From assembly GCA_965372795.1 (NCBI GenBank), contig CBDVDR010000003.1, positions 128,495-192,494 on the forward strand: a stretch of 64,000 nt of DNA, given 5' to 3'. Numbering within the stretch: the stretch's first letter is position 1; every line of letters begins with the position of its first letter. The notes under the pieces were generated by a model that saw nothing but the letters and a program-made list of their open reading frames with translations, did not search any database and had not been told where the DNA came from. Positions 8,262 to 15,415 of the stretch are shown in pieces. The translations under genes were made by a program, and so were the position numbers. Source of the stretch: an uncultured bacterium (GTDB lineage: Bacteria > Zixibacteria > MSB-5A5 > GN15 > FEB-12).

Positions 8262-10550
8262 ATGAATCAGGAAAATAGTCAAAATAAAACAGAAATTTTC
8301 ATCCCGCTTAACAATGGTGATGAAGTCGCTCACTACCGAATTATAGAAAAAATTGGTGCCGGCGGGATGGGCGAAATTTATTTGGCTGAAGATACCAAAC
8401 TCGACCGGAAAGTTGCGTTGAAATTTCTACCTTCATCATTAATTTCCAACAATGAAATTAAAATCCGTTTTACTCGCGAGGCAAAAGCAGTTGCAAAATT
8501 AAGCCATCCTAACATCATTACTATTTACGATGTCGGGGAATATAAAGGGCGACCGTTTTTTGCAATGGAATATGTTGCCGGTAAAACTCTTCGTAATTTT
8601 AATGATGATAAAATGCCACCCATAAGTTCGATAGTTGATCTGTCAATCCAGCTATGTCAGGGGCTTGCCGAAGCCCATCGTATGGGTATTGTCCATCGAG
8701 ATATTAAATCTGCCAATATTATCGTAGATAAACAAAACCGATTACGTATTTTAGATTATGGTCTGGCTTCGGTTGTGGGAAGTGAAGATATAACCAAAAC
8801 AGGTTCAACTCTTGGCACGGTTTCATATATGTCGCCGGAACAAGTCTCGGGTCGGTCAGTTGATAAACGGTCAGATCTATTTTCATTCGGGGTCGTATTA
8901 TACGAACTGTTGACCGGACAACTGCCGTTTAAACGGGATAATGATGGCGCAACGCTTCAGGCACTAATGCAGGAACAACCGAATCCGCTCACTCGATATA
9001 GAAGTGACATTCCTGAAAGTCTCCAACAGATAGTATTAAAACTTCTTGAGAAAAATCTCGAAATTAGATATCAATCGGCAGAAGGCGTTATCGCTGATTT
9101 AAAAAGATTGTTATATGATTCCCATCAATCAACCGGATCGGTGTCATTTGATAGAGCGGATAATAAATCTATTGTTGTGGTCCCGTTTTCAAATTTATCG
9201 GCTGATGCTGATAATGAATATTTCTCAGATGGCTTAACTGAAGAAATAATAACAGACCTTTCTGGAATTAGTGATTTGCGGGTTATTTCAAGGTCATCGG
9301 CTCTTTTATTAAAGGGAACTAAAAAGGATGCACCGACAATTGGGAATGAATTGAATGTCAGATATATTTTAACCGGTTCGGTTCGAAAAGCCGGAAACAA
9401 AGTCAGGATTACTTCACAGCTGGTTGATGCGGTAACTAATCAACAGGTGTGGGCGGATAAATATAAAGGAACTCTTGAAGATATATTTGAAATTCAGGAG
9501 GAAGTTTCCCAGGCGATAGTTTCTAATCTGAATCTAAAATTAACCAGCGACGAAGAGATAAAATTGGCGGAGCGACCGATTGATGATCCCAAAGTGTATG
9601 AACTATTTTTGAGGGCGAAACAGAAAATTCATAATTGGAATGAAGAAGATTTATATATAGCTGAAAAATATCTCAAAGAAGGTCTCAAAATCAGCGGCGA
9701 CAATGCTTTGCTATTCGCCGGGCTTGCCCATGTATATTTTCAATTTGTCAACTCTGGTGTCAAACACGATGAATTTTATAAAATGGCTATTGATTATGCC
9801 AGTAAATCATTAGCCCTTGATCCGAATTTACCTCAAGCCCATCTAATGCAGGCGTTACTGACCCAGGCTTCTGATGGCAACCAACTTGATTGCATCATTC
9901 ATTTTAAAAAAGTACTGGAATTGGAACCTAATAATGCTGAGGCTCTTGGTTGGTATGCTCTTGAAAATGGGTTGATTGATAGAATCGATGAAGGTCGAAA
10001 AATAATTAAGAAAGCAATTGCTCTATCTCCGCTATCATTAGGTTTGAAAGGTGCTTCTTCGTTTATAGAGTTAATGGGTGGAAATTTTGATAAATTTATA
10101 GAAATTGTTGAAGAAATATATGATGTAGATCATAGTATTGCCTTCAGTCATGTTCGAATGTTATTTGCCTATAGTATTGTAGGCGATCTTGATAAAGCCG
10201 AGCCCTTTGTAAAACTTTTACACGGGAAAACATTTTTTGAGCGGATTACTTTAGCTCATTATTACGGAAAAAAGAACGAGGAAGAAAAAGGGCTGGCATA
10301 TATAACAGATGAAAATTTAACCACGGCTAAACGTGATGGTCAATACTCATTATGGATGGCACTGGTTTTCGAGGCTAATAAAGAATATGAGAAAACCATT
10401 GAGTGGCTTGAAAATGCGGCTAAGAATGGATTCCTAAATTATAAGTTCCTGTCTGAATATGATGAAACTTTTAAATCCATCAGGGATACTGATCGCTTCA
10501 AAAAACTTATCGCAAGCATGAAATCGAAACTTGCCAATTTGAATTATTAA
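8262..10550 (+). CDS. Ser/Thr protein kinase with TolB_N-like central domain and TPR C-terminus (paralog of 1-2267)
   Basis: 762 aa. Motifs GAGGMGEIYLA, VALKFL, HRDIKSANI, DYGLA and SPEQ. The central segment SIVVVPFSNLSADADNEYFSDGLTEEIITDLS aligns by eye with VTVVEIKNLANKTEFDYFCQGFTDDVITEIS of the first kinase. Confidence 0.9.
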   Translation: MNQENSQNKTEIFIPLNNGDEVAHYRIIEKIGAGGMGEIYLAEDTKLDRKVALKFLPSSLISNNEIKIRFTREAKAVAKLSHPNIITIYDVGEYKGRPFFAMEYVAGKTLRNFNDDKMPPISSIVDLSIQLCQGLAEAHRMGIVHRDIKSANIIVDKQNRLRILDYGLASVVGSEDITKTGSTLGTVSYMSPEQVSGRSVDKRSDLFSFGVVLYELLTGQLPFKRDNDGATLQALMQEQPNPLTRYRSDIPESLQQIVLKLLEKNLEIRYQSAEGVIADLKRLLYDSHQSTGSVSFDRADNKSIVVVPFSNLSADADNEYFSDGLTEEIITDLSGISDLRVISRSSALLLKGTKKDAPTIGNELNVRYILTGSVRKAGNKVRITSQLVDAVTNQQVWADKYKGTLEDIFEIQEEVSQAIVSNLNLKLTSDEEIKLAERPIDDPKVYELFLRAKQKIHNWNEEDLYIAEKYLKEGLKISGDNALLFAGLAHVYFQFVNSGVKHDEFYKMAIDYASKSLALDPNLPQAHLMQALLTQASDGNQLDCIIHFKKVLELEPNNAEALGWYALENGLIDRIDEGRKIIKKAIALSPLSLGLKGASSFIELMGGNFDKFIEIVEEIYDVDHSIAFSHVRMLFAYSIVGDLDKAEPFVKLLHGKTFFERITLAHYYGKKNEEEKGLAYITDENLTTAKRDGQYSLWMALVFEANKEYEKTIEWLENAAKNGFLNYKFLSEYDETFKSIRDTDRFKKLIASMKSKLANLNY

Positions 10551-10941
10551 TTTTTTTAATTCAACTATTCGCATCTATTACAATTTTAATTTAAAAAATT
10601 AGCTCAAGTAGGGTAAGATCCATGTGATCCTGCCAAACAAATGTTGAAACCGCAGGGGATCCAACCTACTCCTTAATATTTGACAAATTAGGATATTTTT
10701 GTATCTTAAATCATAATGTTTACTTCTTGATATATACAAACTTGTCGATATGCAGGGGATGCCTATGCAGTCAAAATTTGCTAAATTATTTATTGTTATA
10801 ATATGTGTCTTTACTTGTTCTTCGTTTGCTAAATCTGACTATAAAGACACCTTGTTTGGGGGAAAGACCTTATAACAAGTCAACTACGGCATTGATAGCA
10901 TCTCATTGGATATCAAGATTGGAATCGAACTTTAGCTTCAT

Positions 10942-11385
10942 TTATGATTCATCCTCTGTGATTGCATTATAAAATTTTAGTTTAAGCTCTTCATTATCCA
11001 TGTCATCATTTATGACAGCACAGATAATCTCATGCAAGAAATCTTTCTCAATTTTCCCAGCGGCAACATGATAACTTACATTTTCCATCTCCTGAATAAA
11101 TCTTCCTGCAACAAACACATATCCATTGTAAATGAGAAATTGTGCACCAAGAGCTATAGCAATTCGCTTATTACCATCTTGGAAACAATGAAAATTACAT
11201 GCAGAAAAAAACAAGTGCGTTAGTTTTTCTTCAAATGTCAAATAATATTCATCATTTTGTATATGTTGTAATGCACTCTGCAGAGCGCCAGTATCAATAA
11301 TACCAAGGGTCCCTCCGCCACTAACTTTAACAGTTGTTTTATGAATATCAATTGCTTGTTCAAGCGTGAGATAGACGAATGTCAC
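10942..11385 (-). CDS. doc: Doc (death-on-curing) type Fic-fold toxin
   Basis: 147 aa. The catalytic motif HCFQDGNKRIA matches the Doc variant HxFxDGNKR of the Fic motif. N-terminus LTLEQAIDIHKTTVKVSGGG...IDTGALQSAL is typical of Doc family toxins. The GTG start shares one nucleotide with the TAG stop of the upstream gene. Confidence 0.85.
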   Translation of the reverse strand: MTFVYLTLEQAIDIHKTTVKVSGGGTLGIIDTGALQSALQHIQNDEYYLTFEEKLTHLFFSACNFHCFQDGNKRIAIALGAQFLIYNGYVFVAGRFIQEMENVSYHVAAGKIEKDFLHEIICAVINDDMDNEELKLKFYNAITEDES

Positions 11386-12416
11386 TATTCACGCTCCTTG
11401 AGACGCTTGAATACTTCCTTAGATTCCTCAAGTCGATCAATGAGTTCCTTGCTCTTTTCACCAAGAAAACGCTCAAAATCAGCTGAGTCTAATGGAGTGA
11501 CATAGTCTTTTAATTGTAAGTGTAAAGCATCACGGAAAGCAAGATCACGGCTCGCCATCTTGGAGCGAGCCTTTTCAACAAGTGGTTGCCAGAGTGATTG
11601 GGTCTCAAACTCATCAAAAAGCTTATCTACTTCCCATGAAGTTAGTTTACGTTTTACTCTCTTGAATGCTTCTTCTATAACTTTTGCAAAACCAAATTCA
11701 TAAGACGAAATTAAATCCAATATCTCTGAATAGAAAGTATCCCTTACATTGTCTTTTTCTTTAAGTTTGAGAATCTTTCTATATTCCTTTGCATCTTCCT
11801 TAAAAATGCTAACATATATTTTATTTGTATAAGCGGGATATTTGAAATTACCCATATCAACATAGTCTCTCAAGGCGTCGGTAAATTCTTTGCGATAATT
11901 TTCTTCCTTGAAGTATGAGATGATAAAATCTTCATCTCGCTGATTGATATACTTAGTGCCACCACCTGTTTTTTTATTTTGTGTATCAATTACAATATCA
12001 AGGATTGCTTGGCGTAGTAGCCTTGCTCGCTCACTCTCTGTAATAAGCATGGCAAGGTTGAGAAAAGCCTTAAAGTCAAAGATCCCAAGAGCATTTATAG
12101 TGTGCAATTTTTTGCCTACGAAATCAGTTTCGTCATCATATTGTTCTTTGACTGCTAATTTGTAGTTCTGTAAGGACTTACCTCGTAAAACCTCGTAACC
12201 ATTTTGCTTTAATTCAGTTTCATACTTTGAGAGATAATTATCAATTGTTCTCGAAGTAACTCCAAAGAACTCAGCAACTTGCTCCTTAACAAGAGTTAAT
12301 TTTCCTTGATATGCAACTCCTTGCAGGTTAGTAGCTTTCTTAATTTCATCAATTGCATAAGGATTATTTAGAATATTCTGGCGATCGATATCTGAATTGG
12401 TTAAATCTTTACTCAT
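11385..12416 (-). CDS. 343-aa helix-turn-helix protein of unrecognised family; putative partner or antitoxin of Doc
   Basis: Intact ORF translationally coupled to doc. The N-terminal segment LVKEQVAEFFGVTSRTIDNYLSKY reads as an HTH. The rest is helical and charged, and I recognise no catalytic motif. It is reminiscent of the RhuM/Bro/KilA-type DNA-binding genes seen next to Fic/Doc genes inside R-M loci, but I cannot assign the family by eye. Confidence 0.6.
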   Translation of the reverse strand: MSKDLTNSDIDRQNILNNPYAIDEIKKATNLQGVAYQGKLTLVKEQVAEFFGVTSRTIDNYLSKYETELKQNGYEVLRGKSLQNYKLAVKEQYDDETDFVGKKLHTINALGIFDFKAFLNLAMLITESERARLLRQAILDIVIDTQNKKTGGGTKYINQRDEDFIISYFKEENYRKEFTDALRDYVDMGNFKYPAYTNKIYVSIFKEDAKEYRKILKLKEKDNVRDTFYSEILDLISSYEFGFAKVIEEAFKRVKRKLTSWEVDKLFDEFETQSLWQPLVEKARSKMASRDLAFRDALHLQLKDYVTPLDSADFERFLGEKSKELIDRLEESKEVFKRLKERE

Positions 12417-12417
12417 T

Positions 12418-12624
12418 TCAATCTTCCTTTATAGTCCGAAACACGATTTGTTCAGACTTCTCGCGACCTTGATTACGTGTCGCGAAAGTCTGAACAGCGT
12501 AGGCTTTAAGTTGATCATTTCCTTGAAACCATTGGTCAAGGCATATAAACTGTATTGGCTCTGCTTCTGCTATAGCGTCAATCAGCTCTTTTGTCACTTC
12601 ATCTTCAAGGCAGATAAGGAGCAT
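12418..12624 (-). pseudogene. C-terminal stub of an N6-adenine (Mod/type IIG-like) DNA methyltransferase
   Basis: The 68-aa ORF ends ...IQFICLDQWFQGNDQLKAYAVQTFATRN...IVFRTI. This resembles the conserved tail (xxLDxxFxGNDQLKxNxxxx...FRTI) I associate with Mod-type methylases. There is no catalytic domain upstream. An in-frame TGA lies 5 codons before the Met, and only AT-rich non-coding DNA follows to 12872. Its stop is 1 nt from the start of the 343-aa gene. Confidence 0.45.
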
Positions 12625-12835
12625 GCCCTTTGCTCTGTTTCAGCGATTTCTTTTAAGTAATTATAAATCATAATATTTCAAAAATAAAGTTTCAAAACTT
12701 AAAAACATAATCAACAAATTTAAATTAAATAAGAGACTCTTATCGATTATATGTTTAGAAACGGTCCCCAACCTATCTGTCAGTAATCATAACATAATAT
12801 GTCTTGTTTAAGCATTGTTATTGCATTCAATATAA

Positions 12836-12864
12836 TTGACAAAACAGTATCAATTTTATATATA
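12836..12864 (+). promoter_or_regulatory. Sigma70-like promoter (TTGACA-17 nt-TATATA) placed so the transcript would be leaderless or nearly so
   Basis: TTGACA at 12836-12841, 17-nt spacer, TATATA at 12859-12864. The ATG of the next CDS is at 12873, and there is no Shine-Dalgarno in between. Confidence 0.4.
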
Positions 12865-12872
12865 TCGTCTAT

Positions 12873-14015
12873 ATGAAAAACAACCGGGCAATACATTTTT
12901 TATTAATCACATTAGTCTCTGTACTATTATTATCTGGGATAGTATTCAGTTCCGACTCTGTCGAAACAGCCGATACTACTTCAGAATATCGTTGTGACAA
13001 ACATTCCAACGACAGCACAGTTCAAGTAACCAACAGATCCGGTGAAGAACCAATCCATGTTGGAGAAACTGACGAAATTGTGCACGACCACGAAATAGTC
13101 GCTTTCGAAACAGAGGTTCCACCTCCGCCACCAACAGTAATGGATTTTCTTTCATCCGGAAAATATCTGGCATTCTTAATTCTATCAGTTGTGGCTCTTG
13201 GTCTGTTACTAAGCAACAAAGTCAATTACTGGATTCGGTTAGGTATTATATTTGTCGCCTTTGTTCTATTTGGATTAGATTATTTCTACCCCCTGCATCC
13301 CAGCCCGATGTGTGCCATTACCAAACTGTTCATGTTCAAATTTACGTGGGGAGAATTTTTCCCGGCGTTTATTGCTATGTTCGTTGCGATTTTCCTGCCA
13401 AGTTTAATCGGTCGCAAACTTTTCTGCGGCTGGGTTTGTCCGCTGGGAGTGATGCAGGATTTGATAAACAAAATACCGTTTAAATGGCGTATCAAAAATT
13501 TCAATTTTTCACTGTTTAATTCCATTCGTGGCGCTTTGCTGTTGATGTTTGTTCTGGTTTTCTTTGGACTCAAAGATCATTTAGGCTGGCTGGCAACTGA
13601 TATGAATATTGATCCGTCCGAACAGATGTGGGTAGCCTACTCCGCTTATAGTATTTATACCCCGATCAATTTTTTTGAACTGCTCCACTGGGGATTCAAT
13701 CTGACCTTTTTTATCATGTTCCCGATTTTGGTAATTGCCAGTCTGATTTTGTACCGTCCGTTTTGTTATTCAATCTGTCCAATCGGTTTTCTTACCTGGC
13801 TGGTTGAAAAAATTTCTCCCGGAAGAGTTCGTGTCGATCATTCCAAATGTAACAATTGCGGAATCTGTTATGATAAATCACCGTGCCCGACGATTAAACC
13901 GATGGTTGAAAAGGCTTCGGTTCTGCCGGATTGCACTTCGTGCGGCGAATGTTTATCGACCTGTCCCACAAATGCAATTAAGTTTGGTTTTACACCGATT
14001 AAATCAGACAACTAA
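12873..14015 (+). CDS. NapH/MauN/NosR-like membrane-bound polyferredoxin (multi-TM, two CX3CP motifs, two C-terminal 4Fe-4S motifs)
   Basis: 380 aa. Signal or anchor, then a His/Asp/Glu-rich segment ([13 protein letters not shown]) and a PPPPP linker. Several TM helices follow, with CGWVCPLG and CYSICPIG (CX3CP). The C-terminus has [14 protein letters not shown] and [12 protein letters not shown] ferredoxin motifs. Confidence 0.7.
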   Translation: MKNNRAIHFLLITLVSVLLLSGIVFSSDSVETADTTSEYRCDKHSNDSTVQVTNRSGEEPIHVGETDEIVHDHEIVAFETEVPPPPPTVMDFLSSGKYLAFLILSVVALGLLLSNKVNYWIRLGIIFVAFVLFGLDYFYPLHPSPMCAITKLFMFKFTWGEFFPAFIAMFVAIFLPSLIGRKLFCGWVCPLGVMQDLINKIPFKWRIKNFNFSLFNSIRGALLLMFVLVFFGLKDHLGWLATDMNIDPSEQMWVAYSAYSIYTPINFFELLHWGFNLTFFIMFPILVIASLILYRPFCYSICPIGFLTWLVEKISPGRVRVDHSKCNNCGICYDKSPCPTIKPMVEKASVLPDCTSCGECLSTCPTNAIKFGFTPIKSDN

Positions 14016-14099
14016 GATATTATTCTTTTTTAAACTTTGATCGCAAAAATACGTCATTAATATTAGATATCTTAACAGAAATTTAATTTAGTTATTATT

Positions 14100-15269
14100 A
14101 TGAACTTTAAGAAAAAGCCCTTTCAATTTTCTGCTATAGTTGGACAGGAAAAAATAAAAACTGCCTACTTAGCAAATATTGTTAATCCTAATATTGGCGG
14201 CTTGCTAATTAGTGGTCCCAAAGGAACCGGTAAAAGTACTATTGTTCACTCGGTTGATTCAATTCTTCCAAAATACAATGCTGTCGATGGGTGCGATTTT
14301 AATTGTGATCCTGACGCTCCTCAAAAATTCTGTTCCAATTGTAATGAATTATCAGAAATTTTACCTATTAATAAGAAAATGCGAATTGTCAATCTACCCC
14401 TGAGTTGCACCGAAGATCGTCTGTTGGGCTGTGTTGATATTGAAACTCTTCTGAAAACAGGCACAAAAAAAATCCAGGTAGGAATTCTCGGTGAAGCAAA
14501 CCGAAATATTCTATATGTTGATGAAGTAAACTTACTTCCAGATCACTTAGTAGATGACATCCTTGATGCTGCTGCTTCTCCATGGAATACTATCGAGCGG
14601 GATGGAATCTCTATTACCCATCCTGCCGAGTTTATTTTAATAGGCACAATGAATCCCGAAGAAGGGGAATTGCGACCGCAAATACTTGACCGGTTCGCAC
14701 TTTGTATAAAAGCTGAATCGATTCATGATCCTGCTCAAAGAGTTGAGATTGTCAAACGCACGCTTATGTATGAAAACAATCCTGATAAATTTATACGCAA
14801 CTTTGAAAATGAAGAAGCAACTCTGAAAACTGTTATATCAAAGGCACGTAAAATTTTAAATAAAGTTATGATTGATGAGGAGTTTTTGATTGTCGTTGCC
14901 GAAGCTAATGCAAAATTAAAAGTTGATGGACAACGGCCGGATATTGTGATTGTTAAAACAGCTCAAACAATTGCTGCCCTTGATGAACGAACCATAGTTG
15001 ATGAAAAAGATGTTTTATTGTCGGCAGAGTTAGCTCTGTCACATCGCACCCGTGATGGCGGGCTGCTGGAACCTCCGACACCGGATGAAATCATAGAAGC
15101 CTTTTCACCATCTCTAAAAAAAAGAAATATCAAATCTGAGAGTTCAAAGAAAAAATTTGTAAATACTTCCGGAAGCCTTGACAAAGATGTTGATAAGTTT
15201 ATTGACAGGGAAAACTTAACCAGTTCTGAAAAAAGTGCCGACGACTCAGAAACCGAAAAAAAAAAGTAA
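14100..15269 (+). CDS. ChlI/BchI-type AAA+ chelatase ATPase subunit
   Basis: 389 aa. FQFSAIVGQEKIKTAYLANIVNPNIGGLLISGPKGTGKST (Walker A), ILYVDEVNLLPDHLVD (Walker B), ERDGISITHPAEFILIGTMNPEEGELRPQILDRF (sensor/Arg finger region). It is collinear with BchI/ChlI as I remember it. It ends in a Ser/Lys/Glu-rich tail and the codons GAA AAA AAA AAG TAA. Confidence 0.85.
   Translation: MNFKKKPFQFSAIVGQEKIKTAYLANIVNPNIGGLLISGPKGTGKSTIVHSVDSILPKYNAVDGCDFNCDPDAPQKFCSNCNELSEILPINKKMRIVNLPLSCTEDRLLGCVDIETLLKTGTKKIQVGILGEANRNILYVDEVNLLPDHLVDDILDAAASPWNTIERDGISITHPAEFILIGTMNPEEGELRPQILDRFALCIKAESIHDPAQRVEIVKRTLMYENNPDKFIRNFENEEATLKTVISKARKILNKVMIDEEFLIVVAEANAKLKVDGQRPDIVIVKTAQTIAALDERTIVDEKDVLLSAELALSHRTRDGGLLEPPTPDEIIEAFSPSLKKRNIKSESSKKKFVNTSGSLDKDVDKFIDRENLTSSEKSADDSETEKKK
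15260..15266 (+). promoter_or_regulatory. Candidate -1 ribosomal frameshift (or transcriptional slippage) site A_AAA_AAG within an A10 run, immediately 5' of the ChlI stop codon
   Basis: In the zero frame the codons are ...GAA AAA AAA AAG TAA. A_AAA_AAG (15260-15266) is the same heptamer as the E. coli dnaX -1 frameshift site. The -1 frame is open from 15230 and continues without a stop into the VWA ORF through 16333. Confidence 0.5.
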
Positions 15270-15415
15270 AAGAAAATTATTCCCCGACAGCAAATGATAT
15301 TCGTACTGAAGAAATTAATTATTCCACAAAATCAAAAAACAGTAAATTTGATTCAATTAAACAATCAAGTAGATCAAAACTAAATATCCCACAATCATCA
15401 ATATCTGATAAAAGA

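Noticed and set aside
10915-10935. tRNA fragment suggested by GGAATCGAAC (the reverse complement resembles a T-loop, GTTCGATTCC)
   Set aside because: The flanking bases do not form a T-stem or acceptor stem, and no cloverleaf can be drawn. I could therefore not support a tRNA-derived att site.
12397-12660. 87-aa plus-strand ORF across the islet's right end
   Set aside because: It is antisense to the methylase stub and the start of the 343-aa gene, with no RBS and no recognisable motif.
10661-12775. Possible direct repeats flanking the islet (GGATCCAACCTAC at ~10661 versus GGTCCCCAACCTATC at ~12761)
   Set aside because: Only an 8-bp exact core (CCAACCTA) is shared. A match of that length between two ~300-bp AT-rich regions is expected by chance.
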